A DNA stretch of 62,728 nucleotides, the filler included, from Sphacelaria rigidula (taxonomy: Eukaryota): the NCBI GenBank assembly GCA_964200075.2. It is 11 parts of 11 records of this genome, joined end to end, with 100 filler letters (N's around TTAATTAATTAA, not from the genome) between each part and the next. Parts side by side here need not be neighbours in the genome. Positions count along the whole stretch, not along the records: positions 45,696 to 51,306 come from CAXNAA020025874.1; positions 51,407 to 57,017 come from CAXNAA020025875.1; positions 57,118 to 62,728 come from CAXNAA020025876.1; 8 more parts are not named here. One strand, given 5' to 3'. Below are positions 48,704-61,090 of the stretch, piece after piece (the first letter of the stretch is position 1; the number at the start of each line of letters is the position of its first letter). Both the position numbers and the translations under genes were made by a program. Below the pieces are notes generated by a model that was given only the letters and a program-made list of their open reading frames with translations, searched no databases and was not told the origin of the DNA.

Positions 48704-49621
48704 TAGAGTTGTGAGCTGGTTAGGCTAACCAGTTGACTGGTTGCAAAAAATTACAACCAGTCACAGTCATCAGTTGAAACTGGATAACTGCCGGCAAAGC
48801 CGCCCCGCGACTCCGCCAGCGTTGCCTGGAAACGCAACGCGGCGGAGTCGCGTAAACGCCCGCCCCCTCCGGCTGGTGAGGGGGGCTCGCCCAGGTCAGG
48901 AAATCTCGCCATTTGGCTTCACGTCTCTCCAAAATCGCGGTAAAATATAATCGCCTAGCGCCAGCAATTCGAACACGTAATCGGTGCACAATATATGTTT
49001 ACATGTATGGGAAAAAGGAAATACCATTGGATTCTGCGACGTGAATCCGAAAAACGAAGCGGTGAGACAGCAGTGCAGAATACACAGCGTTCCGCGTGCA
49101 CCACCCAAGCGCCAGGAACTAATATTAATAGTAGCATGGTAACTTGGTGACGTTATTGAGTGTAACTTTATCAGCCAGGAAAATTTAAGAGAAATCTCGA
49201 CTCTTCATCATGCTTCGGTATCACATTGACCAGCATCCACTGGACGCTTATGACGCTTGAGGCCGAGAATGAAGCAAAGCACACACAAGAACGCTATGAA
49301 AAGCAGTCTTTCTGCACATTTCAGATCCACTCATTCTACAACTGTCCGTGCCCAACCTCTATTTTTTTTCGTATTAGAACATATTGTCTGCGATATTCGT
49401 GTCCACGTCTAGGTGTGTGCGCTGTGCGGTCATGTACTCACCTCTGTAGAAGCGTCTCCATGGTTATTGTGGTGAGACGATACAACAGAAACATTGACTT
49501 GAGTATGACACATATATCGGGTGAAATGGCTGCTTCAACTGATTACAGAACCGATCAATTAACCAGTTGTACAGGTCAACTGTAACTGCTCAGTTAAACT
49601 GGCAGCCAGTTCACAACCCTA
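48704..49621. mobile_element. Non-autonomous hAT-like DNA element
   Basis: TIRs tagagttgtgagctgg / ccagttcacaacccta, with dense subterminal CAGTT/AACTG motifs at both ends. No 8-bp TSD was recovered. Confidence 0.6.
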
Positions 49622-50138
49622 CTGAGTAGCGATAAAAAAATCTGATGGCACAAATGCATCCCGGTATAACGAGCATATACACCGTTATACCGGGCTCTTA
49701 GTTCCGTAGTTGCGGTACCCCGTCAGCCCGCTGCGCGCGCACAGACGAACTGAAACACAACATATAACTTCCCGCACACCATGTCGTGCACGGCCGAAGA
49801 GTTATACAACGTCATACGGCAAAACTGGAAGTAGTAGGCCTCAATGGGCAGCAGTACAGACATCCTTGTTGGGGTGGTTGTGGTGGCTGCCTTCATGACG
49901 GCTGTCCTGCTGAAAACAACGGTGAAGTAGCATTACGAATCCCTGCTCCTTTGCCTTTTTCACATTGCTCTCCATGTTGTTCGTTTGTTCATTCCTGTGT
50001 ACGCCTGCTACCGAGTGCGTTTTGCTGTGCACAGTACGGTATGTAGTACCGTAGGAATAATTTCACGGAAGTTATACGAGGTGGGCCAGCCAAGAGCGGG
50101 TAGTTTTCTCGCTCAGGCGACGCACTGCGTAAAATCAG

Positions 50139-50309
50139 GGATCGAACGCTGAAATTTTGACAGCAGATTGTTATGATCGACATCCAGAATATGACGAGAG
50201 CAGCATACGAGAAAGGAGAGGAACTTACGAGGATTTGAAATTTAATCAAAAACAAGATAGTGTCATCAGTCGAGGAAAAAAGGGAGAGGCTGCAGCTTCT
50301 CCCGCATAG
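50139..50309 (+). CDS. Possible terminal exon of the 47357-48231 gene
   Basis: aatcag| phase-0 acceptor compatible with the upstream donor. 56 open codons, GSNAEILTAD...AAASPA*. Confidence 0.3.
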   Translation, partial: GSNAEILTADCYDRHPEYDESSIRERRGTYEDLKFNQKQDSVISRGKKGEAAASPA

Positions 50310-51557
50310 TATCATTTCCTTGGGTGCAGAAGGTCATCGTGAAATTTCAGCTCAAGATTCGTCGAATTGGGCCGTGCGTGCAGCGTTTTGCGTGATGCTG
50401 CCGCACCCCTACGGGCTGGTTCACGCTCATCACCCAAAATAGTGTTATCAGCAAATGCCCTTCGCAATACCTACCCTATAGTCACATACATAATATCATA
50501 CTGACCGCCACAGACAGCTGAAGAGCGTGGCATAGCCGGATATGTATGTAAGGCCATTGTGGTGACGCTAAGGGCGAAATGTTGTGTCGACCAATCAGCG
50601 CCCGTCAAATTGTTCTGAGATTGAAATTAAGAAGTACAAGCCCAATTTTCACCCAATCTCCACATGCTTCAAATCGTAGTAACCGTCATCGGCTCAGGAA
50701 TCTAACGAAAAAACATATTTCGAAACGCTTACTATGGGGGTCGAGTTATACCCAAAACCGTGATGTTTCGATGATGTCGGGTGTCGGCGTCATCTAATTT
50801 CCACTGATGATGCACACGAAAGACCCAGGGAGCCTCGTGACGGTGTCGCCTATATCTGTTGTAGAACAGCTCGGATCGCCCTCAAACTCGGCAGGTCCGT
50901 AGGTATTGATGCTCCAAATGGAAAAATTGTGTTCTTGGCAATATTCCATGGTTTATCCGTTCTCTACCGGCTTCCGGGGGTCCTCATATGAAGACCCCCG
51001 GAAGGCGGTGTAGAATTTCCAAAAATAAATAAATGATGCGTCCCGGGATAGTCTAAGGAACACATGTACAAAGTCTGGTGGAGAAACTCGGAAACCTCAC
51101 ACAGTTTTTCTTGCCTTGACGTAAAATTCGCCAATGACGTTTCCATACTGAAAGCAAGTAGTCAGGAGTTGTACGTTTCAAGCCCACGTCCTCCACAAAC
51201 GCGCAAACGTTCCACGGTTAGGACAAATCACCACGACTCAAATCACCAAATTCACGATTTCTTCGGCCTAATTGCCCAAAGGGGAGAGAAAAGTTGATGG
51301 CTGGAGNNNNNNNNNNNNNNNNNNNNNNNNNNNNNNNNNNNNNNNNNNNNTTAATTAATTAANNNNNNNNNNNNNNNNNNNNNNNNNNNNNNNNNNNNNN
51401 NNNNNNACCCGCACATCCGCATAATTATATCCGTACGTGTGCATGTTCACTCAGTGTACCTGTTCACATGAACAAAGAGTGCACCTCTACAATGAAACGA
51501 CTCATGACATGAGTACGATCGGGCTCGCGCCCTCACTTGACGCCTAAAGGTGAAAAT

Positions 51558-51904
51558 AACAACGTTTTCGTGAAATTGAGAGTTGAAGATATGATTGAGA
51601 GTGGAAATCGATCAATTAGTGAATAAGCCGTTTCAATTCCGAAGTACACCTCCACCAGGCCCAATATTCTCTCTGTAGTAGCTTGCCACTGAGGCCCTCG
51701 ATACCCCTGAGTAGGATATCAACGTGTAGCTGTAAGCTCATGGCCGTGCTACGACGAACAGAAACACACCCGGNNNNNNNNNNGCTCATGGCAGTGATGA
51801 GACGAAGAGAAACACACACGGAATGAAGAATTGGCCAAGTTAAAGCGAATGATCAAAGCCACTCTCAATCCGCACCCAACTCTCAATCTCACGAAAACCT
51901 TGTT
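51558..51904. mobile_element. MITE with AACA...TGTT termini
   Basis: aacaacgttttcgtgaaattgagagttg / caactctcaatctcacgaaaaccttgtt. Flanks AAAT and GAAT match at 3 of 4 positions. Confidence 0.7.
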
Positions 51905-51984
51905 GAATGTGGATACCACCACCGTGGAAGGGAAACGTTCTCACGAACGAACGCCTGCAGAGGACTCATCAACTTTTCACATTG

Positions 51985-52388
51985 GCGATACCATGAGCTG
52001 ACTCTACAACAAGCTTTAACTCCCGATCCCGATCGACGCAGCGAATAAAAACGTCCCCAAAAGGGTCAAGCGGGCAATAATATACCTTGTGAAGTAAGTG
52101 GGGAATCAAAAATCTGGAGGGACACCAACAAGTGGACTTTATGAGCTCACGGACAAGTCTTCTGCGGAGCTTGTTTGCCATCATTTTTTTTTTTGCATTT
52201 GCGATACCATGGGCTGACTCTACAACAAGCTTTAAGTCCCGATCCCGATCGACACAATAAATGAAAACACCCCCAAAGGTTAAGCGGGCAATAATTACCT
52301 CGTGAAATTAGTGGGTAATCAGGAATCTGGTGGGGGATCAACAAGTGGACTTCATGTGCTCACGCACAAATCTTCCGCGGAGCTTGTT
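51985..52388. repeat. Diverged ~190-bp tandem duplication (period 216)
   Basis: gcgataccatg...gcggagcttgtt at 51985-52176 and 52201-52388. Confidence 0.85.
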
Positions 52389-52879
52389 AGCTTGGCGTCC
52401 CCGCACATGCAAAATATACGTGAACAAGAGGTGCAAAACTATCACCGCTAGCTGACGGAATAGGTTTCCTCTACGAACCCCGTATCGTCAAAGAACGTAC
52501 GAAAGGACTCCTAACAGGGAGAGGGTGATGGCGTGGACACCACCACACAGAAGGGGGAAACACCTACGAGTGCCTGCAGGGCCAATCATTCTCCACACCC
52601 AGACACCGATATTTTCGCAAAACAATATGTCACGATAAAATCGGGACATTAGCTGCGCCGGCACGCCGATATGTATCAAATTCATACAAAAACATAGATG
52701 CGCTATCGTCAAGTTCTACCGAAACACAACTTTACGTGGTGATCATGCATCATGATTTCGGTCCTTGCCGTGATTTTTCGTCACATCGTATTACCTGCAC
52801 CAGCACTAACGCCACCGACACCACCAGCAATGAACAATGGTACGCTTACCGCAACATCAACCATACCAATATCACAAAA

Positions 52880-52960
52880 ACGACGGCAACAGTAACGGTA
52901 ACAACTACAACGACTACAACTACAGCGTCAACTACTACTGCTACTACCACTGCTACACCA
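52880..52960. repeat. Degenerate (ACN)n trinucleotide repeat
   Basis: acaactacaacgactacaactacagcgtcaactactactgctactaccactgct. Confidence 0.75.
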
Positions 52961-54890
52961 TCCGAGCGGTATCATCCCGGTGTGTTTGTCATCACCACCC
53001 GTCATGATCCTGGCGAGAATCATGCTGCTACTGGCGCCTGAAGCTCGTCTCGATACCATTGCCCAGCCTGAGCATCACCCTCTCCCGAGGAGGAACAGGA
53101 GGCGAAGGTGAGAATGCCTGCTCCATGCTTGAGGTCATCGAGCCAAAGGCCCTCATATTTGCTGCCGTCGGCGTACTCACACATGCCTACATCATGATAG
53201 ATAATTACAACGCATCGGGGAGGAGGGGAGCGGGCAGGTCGATGTGAGATGGTGGAGTCGATTTAGGCGGGCGGACTGGTCATTCTCTATCCAATAGTGA
53301 CTCATTTTTCCCACCACCGGCAGCTTTTGAGACCGTGCGGGCTCGTCAAACCGCTCGCACCACTATCACTTCTCCATATCCTCCCTATCTAGTGGGGGCA
53401 TGTCCGTGCCTGACGTGACTCTGTTGAGGCAATTTCTCTCTACATGTTGTGAGGAACAGAGCATTGTGCCTACAAGAGCAGAGATCATCGGACGAGTATG
53501 AGAACGGACGGAATAGTCGTGCAGTAACAACCGTTCTTTTGGGCACAACATTTGGCTCAAATAAATGAGTACGTTGGCGGGAGGGAGGGCTAGCGGGTGC
53601 GGTATTTCGTCAAGGGAAGCGTCGCACTGACGTCCGTCGGGTTGTTTACCGTTCAGATCCCATAGCCGTGGACATGTGCTGGCCGGAGGTGGGTAAAGTC
53701 GGTTTGTCTACAACTACGTGAATACTGTATTTCTTCTCGGATAGTCGGGGAAGCCAACACTTCGTTTCAGAAGCCAGGACGCCAATAAATCTACGTGGTC
53801 GTCCAAACTCTGACACCTGAAGAGATAGCGTTAGGTTTACATACGTGTAAAGATCCTTCCGCGCTGAGGCAAACAGAATTGCATGGAACGGCCAAACTCC
53901 GTTAAGAAACCGGTTTATGGAACCGATATCTTCCTTTCCAATGGAACTCGATTCTCCCGGCGACAGCAGTGCTCATGGGGTCGATAGCCGTATTTTCGAT
54001 TAGATCTCGTTGAAATCGATTGATGGAGCTGTCCCTTCGGTAGTGCAAACTCCTTGCGTTCGAAAAAACCGAGTTCGGAAAATGATATCACGGGGTGCGG
54101 TAACCTCGGGTTTTACCGTAGGTCGCTCGGACGCCTGAGGGGTTCGGGGAAAGCCAATCGTCCGAGCTGGAACCGGATCATAAAATGGCCATGTCATCTG
54201 ACACGGGTAGTTTTGGAACAGCTCAACACCTCACTTGGGCTTAGAGTGACATACAAATATCGACGGGCTAAATGAGAGCGTGTCAGCTTGAGCGGAGATC
54301 CTCACCTCTCCCGCATCTGACACCTCCAACCCACTTGCCGGTGTAGACTTGGCGTGTAAGCCCGCATCGGAATACTCCCAGCCCGTTCTGTCGCCCATTT
54401 CGCCAAGCCCCTGGATTTTTTATGGTGTTTTCGTGTATCAATATGGCTTGATCAAAGATCTTGCGAGCCAGTGCAATGGGTATGGCGTGTACACCCGCGA
54501 CGAAGATCTAAGATTGTTAGCGGAGCTTCCGTCCCTGTCGGGTTAATGTAAAGTTCTAGGATTCTCATTACTTTGTTCTAGAGTTCAGACGGGTTAATGT
54601 AAAGTCGTAGGATTCTCATAAGTACGAATATTCTCATAAGTAAGAACTTAGGCGTAGCGCATTGATCCGAGGGTACTTGTGGGTTGCCCCCACACCCTCT
54701 CACTCTCTTTTTCTTCTTCACTCTCTTCACTGAGATTCTCGGCCACACAAGCGCCAATTTCCAACATCAGTCTTTTCGACAAGCAAGTGTGCTTTACCGC
54801 CACTTCGTGCTGGCTCTGTGCATCTCCTTGAGATATCACGCCATATCAAGAACTACCTCGTTCTTTCATGGAACATACCATCGCTCTCAC

Positions 54891-55920
54891 CCTCATACTC
54901 GCTGCCGTCCGGGAATTCCAACCGCCCGTGTCCCTCCCTCCTCCCGAGCCTATACTCCCCTTCGTAAACGCCACCGTCATTTCCGTGCATCTCTTGTCTC
55001 CCATGAATCAGACCCCGCTCGTCTTCCCACAAACCTTTGATCACCGACCCATACCCTCTCGTGTCGCCGCCGCCGCCGCCGCCAAACGCTTTCCCCCCCC
55101 TACCCGCGCACTTTCGGTTTTGGTTCTGACCTGTTCTCACGTCAAAGTTGATCGTCGTCGTTGTTTCTGGCTGCGCGCGAAGGGTAAGGGTCCCCCTTCC
55201 TTGCGGTCGTCCGTTCACCCATTCGCCCTCATACAGATGTGGAACATCAACGGAGCCGTGAACACCAGCTATCCCCCGCGGTGCCGCCGCCGTAACAACG
55301 CCGCTACTGGTGCTTTGTTCCGACGAACTTGAGGCGATTGCTGTTGTGCAATCGGCGTCGACCGTCAGGCCGACACCGCTGCCGTCGGGGCCGCGCGTAC
55401 ATCTTGTCGAGGAGTTCGCAGCATCGTCGAAAACAAAGCGGCAGGTGCCGTACCCCTCGCGGACACTGTGATTCCAGTTTCCGCTGTAGCTCAGAACCAC
55501 TACAGGACTTTGCTGATAGTGATGGTGTGTAAACGCCGCGGCAACGTCGGTGGCGGTGTCGGTGTTTTCACCGCCGCAGCCGAAAAAGTCTACCTTTTCC
55601 ACCCTAGTTCCCCCCCCCGGCATTCCTGCCGACGACGGGGCCGGATACACGCGCTCGCCGCGCCCGTGCGGCATATCATTGTCCCACTCTCCATCGTACA
55701 CACCATCGCCCTCTCCACTTCCTGCTCCTGTTGCTACTGCGTCTGCTCCTTTGGGAGGCGTGTTGACGCCGTCTTGGGTGCCCGCGGTGGTCGAGGTAGC
55801 GACAGTCGCGGCGAATTTACACCGTCCCCGACCTTGTCGGCGACCTTGTTCGTCGAGCTGACCAGTGTACACGTCCCCGTTTTCGAATGTTACCGTTTTC
55901 CCGCCCTGCTCCTCCCGCAT
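54891..55920 (-). CDS. Exon of a MORN-repeat protein
   Basis: Six YxGxW/F...GxG units, including YTGQLDEQGRRQGRG, YDGEWDNDMPHGRG, YSGNWNHSVREGYG, YEGEWVNGRPQGRG and YEGEYRLGRREGHG. Donor G|gtgag at 54890. The 5' boundary is uncertain (ATG at 55920 or an acceptor near 55906). Confidence 0.88.
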
Positions 55921-57117
55921 GAGCGTATCCAACGGTTCCGTGTTTCATCCGGTATGAGTCGGGGCAATACGTGAGATACAAATAAGCGAAGGGTGGTTGG
56001 AGAGGGCGACATAGACGAGGTCATTCGTGTGCAGGGTGGTGAGCGTATGTAAAGCATTGAATAGGGCATCGCACAGCGCACTATGTCTACATACCTCCAC
56101 TTTTAACCCCTACCCGTCCTCGGGACGAGGGGGATATTCCAAGGGATCTGTTGCAGCTGACATCAGCTATGTATGTAGACGGCGTTTGGAAGTACGCGTC
56201 TCACATGCAATAGGTTCCATACGCAGCTTACCAGTGTTACATTCCAGTCTGGTTTACCGTGCTCCCATAGTCTCTTCATTCAGCTACCCAGCGGCGAAAA
56301 GCCTAATAAAAAAACCATCAGCCATCTGCTTGGAGAGATCTCGCTTGCACTCAAGTCAAGACTTCTTCTCTACACGTAAAAGTGAGTCTATGGTTGGTGC
56401 AGTACTGCATCGGGCTCCCCGGTCTCGAGTCCCGTGTGCTAGGCACACATGAATACACCTATTATTACCGCTGGCCGTTTGCTCTGCAACCCTCAGCTTG
56501 CGTGCCTGCCAGTGTGATCCGCGCACCCTGAGACTCGACCATTACAGATTAGCCCATTTCTCCCCCGCAACACGCCTTACATTTTGGCATCGCAGATTGG
56601 ATGATCACCCTTGCACCGCGTGGACTACAGTCGAACAAACCCAGCCAAACACACTACTTTTGTTACTCACGCCCTCACTCACGCTTTCAACGAAGGAAAT
56701 CAGATATTTCTGACAAAATGCTTTGGCGGGAACCGAATCCGCCTTATCCCCGCCCTACAGGTGTCAGTTGTGGACCACTAAACGACCGGGGCGCGGGCAG
56801 TCTGTACATGTAAAATACACTATGCACGCCGCCGCGCCACGGTGGTGTAATGGTCCCACTGTCGCCATTACGGTGGAAAGAACGGGGATTCCATTCTCGA
56901 AGCGTTCGGTTTTTCTTCGTAATTTACGATTACCACCGTGGAAAGCGTGAGAACGTGAGTAAACAAAGTAGTCGACTGGGTTTGGGTGACGTGAGTTGAC
57001 GCGGTGCGGGAGTGCTGNNNNNNNNNNNNNNNNNNNNNNNNNNNNNNNNNNNNNNNNNNNNTTAATTAATTAANNNNNNNNNNNNNNNNNNNNNNNNNNN
57101 NNNNNNNNNNNNNNNNN

Positions 57118-57188
57118 CGAAGATTTTAATCCTCCCGATTCTCATCCTCAATGAAAAGCACCATCCTCAACATAGATGATCGGCTGTT
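57118..57188. mobile_element. Right end of an AACAGCCG-type MITE at the contig start
   Basis: Near-identical to the reverse complement of 28392-28460. Confidence 0.8.
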
Positions 57189-57933
57189 TCATGTAGATTG
57201 AGGGGATGCGATCGGAAGCCAAAATTGATTTCCTATCCAGGACTCCGACGTGTCGGTTATCAAGATCCACACTTGAACGGCGTGCAGTCGTATCCGAAAG
57301 CGACCAAAATTTGGGGCGGTAGATATTCGGAACATCACTCCTCAGGGCCACTCGCCGGCGTACGTGGTTTTCCTGTATTGGAATTTTGGATGGGCGCTCT
57401 TCAAGACATGACTGCTGGAATGAAATGTCAGTTGTTTTTTCAATTTTTTTAATGTACGGCGTTCTACTGTAATAAGACCAATCCTTCACAATAACGCTCC
57501 AACCTCAACGGATGAAGATGAAACCAAATCCCATGTTTTTTCGGCACTCATTGTTGTGGTTCCTCACACCAAATATTGTCTCCGTCCACTAAATGCATCG
57601 ATCGGGAGCCTCATCGTCACTCTGGTGTTGGCGCTACCTCCCTCGGTGTAGGAATTACTAGATATGGGGTCAAATCAGCGAGCAAATATGGGCCCAAACT
57701 TTTGAGCAGATGGGCACCTTCCCCTTGGTTAGACGACTAATACAAAAATAAGCGAATCACGGCCCAACTCGTCTGTGTCGATAAGGTATTGCTTCTAGAG
57801 CTTGAATCCGTCCTTGGGTTGGACCAGCTCGTACTATTGTCGTATCGAAGAGCAGTCGCGAGAAGGAAATTCTTCTGAATAACAAATAGTTCAGGCACCC
57901 AGTAGTAGACGAGTGCTGTAAGTCTAAGAGCAG

Positions 57934-58272
57934 TGTGTTGTGTTGTTGTCCCATTTATTCTGGGCGCCAGTCTATCCCTTTCGGGATATATGGGCGCATC
58001 AGCCGGGGTCACACAGGAGGAAGGATGAGGCTTTTCTTTTTTATTCCTTTTTAATACCCCACCTTCCTTGTGCGGTACTTGCCTTCTTTTTTTATCGCGA
58101 GAGGGGTTCAGCAGTCCCTTGTCGACCGTTAAGTCGAATTTTGTGTACCACGACGTGGTCGCTCTCCACTGTTGGGCATGGTGTAAGAGAAAATCTCAGA
58201 CCGCTCCGGGAATCGAACTCCACAACTCAATCGTCAAAAGGTTACGAGGTTACCAACTGAGCCACGACCGGC
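57934..58272 (-). mobile_element. tRNA-derived SINE with a (CAA)n-like tail
   Basis: The minus-strand head has A box TGGCTCAGTTGG and B box GAGTTCGATTCCC. The 3' end is ...gggacaacaacacaac. Flanks AAGAGCA / AAGAGTA may be a TSD. Confidence 0.7.
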
Positions 58273-58621
58273 AAGAGTATCACCGAAAAATTCAATCCCC
58301 CAACGCAGCTCAACACTGGACTGTTTTTAACCAAAACCGCGTCGCACGATGTTCAGTCAGCGACGGGAACCGACGAGTTGTTCATGACGAAAGTATGAAC
58401 GAAAAATCAAGACGTAGAAAATGACATGTTGTCGCGACTGTGATCCATCTCTTATTACAGCACTCCACTCGATAGATAGACAGTACTGTCTGCAGCGTAT
58501 CTGGAACCCGGTCCCATCTCCAGTAGAGAAGTAAACACGCGAAGACGGAGATAATATCTACACGCCTCGGAAGTGTCTGTGGCTCATACTCAAGTTCCCT
58601 CCTCGATACACTCACAATAAG

Positions 58622-58810
58622 ATGGCACTTTCTGTAGTCGCCAGGGTCATAGCGACAGTTCTCTCGATAGGAGCAGCAGCTAACGCGTTCGTCACCCCGA
58701 GCGCCTTGGCTACAAGAGGGTGCTTGGCGAAGGGAGCAGGAGCGAGGGTGTCGGGAAGAACAGCTTTACCGCGGGGGCGCGGCGGTGCTTTGTCAATGGC
58801 GGTTCTCGAC
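58622..58810 (+). CDS. First exon of a plastid-targeted protein (bipartite signal + transit peptide)
   Basis: MALSVVARVIATVLSIGAAANA|FVTP is an ASAFAP-like cleavage site. An R/A/S-rich transit peptide ends in LSM-AVLD, followed by a consensus GAC|gtgagt donor at 58811. Confidence 0.75.
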
Positions 58811-60504
58811 GTGAGTAGCGCCATCGTTTGTTCGGAACTGGTAAACATGATGCTCAGAGTTTTTTTACATGTTGCTGAGGGAATTGTATCCTTAGCCCTC
58901 TGGGTGACGGCTGGCACCTGGTATTCGATCTTGGCCGTGATCGCTGCTTGGCCGCTGAAATTGAACTGTATTATGCTTCTAACGCCGCAAGCACTGTAGT
59001 GTTATGTGTCGTACGGTGTCAAAAGTGGCTGTACGCTTCCATCTCTTGGGGTGCAGCAGTGCTGTCCGGAAGAAGGTTACGCTTGAAAACACGTACTTGT
59101 ATCTGTGTAGTTGTTTGTGGTCGCTCATGTTGACGCTGAGATCCGAAAACATGCCGCTTCAAATTCTGCTATCCGCTGTATTGTACTGTTAGTCCAGTGA
59201 CTCTACTGTCTGTTTGCGACTGGATTCCTTACTGAGTGGAGTATTATAGTTTCCCGTTGCAACACAACCACTGTAGACAGTCCAGTGCGGTAGCGAGTAC
59301 AACAATCCAGCACAGTAGTGCATGTAGTACACGTGGAGCAGTTGACATATAAAATGCTGAATATAATGCGAGCACAGCACCGACTGGTCGAGTCTACGTC
59401 CACTACATGCAGTAAACCCCTCTGTACTGTGTTGTTCGGTTGCTGCACCCCCTTCACAAATGTGATGAATAACGTGCAAGACACCACAGATGGATATATA
59501 ATCCCGCTTCACTCGAGCCCAAAGTGTCCCAGGTCACCACGTCAACGTCGCCGGTCTGTGGTCGAGTATCTGTTTTAGCCCTTGAGACCGAAAGACGTAC
59601 GCAGCACGCGTCATCTGTGGAATCGGCATCATTTTCACTCGAAAAATGAGTGAGACACTCATGACCCACCTTGGCGCTCAATGGTGTAAAGGGACAACTT
59701 TTTACGCACAAACCGACCAATAAAGCGGCAGCATCAACAAACTGTTGACCACCGGATATAGAATCAACTGGCGGGGAGTTTTCTGGTCCTCCTTTCAACG
59801 TCGGGGTACAGTTGCAGTACAGCTGTACAACGGGATACGAAGTGCATGTGGAAGCTCATGAAGAACGAATGCGCCGGTTTCGTACGACCCAATGAAGACA
59901 GGGCGTCGGCACGCGTCAGACTTCGGGTCGCACATATCCGGTGCAACCCATGCCGTATAGCGTAAAACTCGGGGGCGGAACGAAGAACGCCATGGGGGAA
60001 TAATGCTCTATTTTACTGGATTGATTTGACCTCTTGACTTCCAGACACCTAAAGATGTATTGCGAAAGCACTCGATGCCAAGAACCGAGGTACAAGGAAC
60101 TACAGCCACTGGGTTCTTGTATACCTCCATGGGCTGAAGTGGGCACCTTCTCCGTAAACGACTTGAATACGAGTATTCGCAATGCTTTTCTTTAGGTCGT
60201 TTCTTATGCAGCCAGTTTTTGCTGCGGAAGTGACACTTTTTCGATCAAGCTTTTTCCTGTTTGTTGTCTTTTCTTTTCTTTTCTTTTCTTATGCTAATCG
60301 TTTTTTGGAAAGTTTTTGTAAGGGAAATTTGGAGGGGTGTACTCCACACCTTGAACAATAGATTACATCGTACTGGGCAATAGATCATATTGTAACAGAA
60401 TGTACTGCGTGCAGTTTAGAATCCATTGTCTGTTGTAATAGGCGAAATGGTCGATACTGTACGCAGTACACTTTTTGACTGTGTATTTCATTGTCCAGGG
60501 TGTG

Positions 60505-60790
60505 GTGTACTCATGATTTTCCATGCCATAGTCTCAAGACCGTTGACCTCGCATCCCTCCAAAGCCGGGACGAAGCACGCTGGGTTTTCGTGGGACCGGG
60601 CTCGTACTCAATCACCAGGCGCGAAGTGCCGCGGTGTCTTGGGCGAGTCGCATGAGGGGTGAGCTGCATCCAGCTAAGATTGTTCGGCTCGAAGCGTACT
60701 GATTATCTTGCATTTGGAAGACAGCGTCCGATGAGTTGCTTTTTTTTCTGGTATCGCCACTTCCAGAGACATTCACGGCTTCATAACTGG
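60505..60790 (-). mobile_element. SINE-like copy of the GAGTAC family
   Basis: Reverse complement of 35385-35661, preceded on the + strand by G-rich gggtgtgg. Confidence 0.78.
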
Positions 60791-60845
60791 CTCCTGGCTT
60801 GCTAATCATTAGTGGGAAGTGGGGAGGGGTCACAAATCGGTAAAG

Positions 60846-61090
60846 TGCTGCCGCGATAGCCGTCACCCCAAACCAGCCCCTAAACTGTCCCGAAGAAAAT
60901 GGCCAAACAGCGCATGTTCGCTGGTTTCAGTCTTCATGAAGCATCTTACATCGGTGACATCGGCAAAAATGGTCCCAAGCACGGGAGTTCCCAGTTGCTC
61001 GGTGTGCTTGGCTTTTTTCATTTTGGTTACATGCATATTTTTCCTCCTCAAGTCAGCAATTTTTGCTCGAGGGGGGGGCTATCGCGTTAT
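60846..61090. mobile_element. MITE of the GCGATAGCC family
   Basis: gtgctgccgcgatagcc... / ...gggggggctatcgcg. Confidence 0.6.

Noticed and set aside
58196..58272. Functional tRNA gene (likewise 41438-41512)
   Set aside because: A/B boxes are present but the cloverleaf stems do not pair. This copy continues into a SINE-like body and tail.
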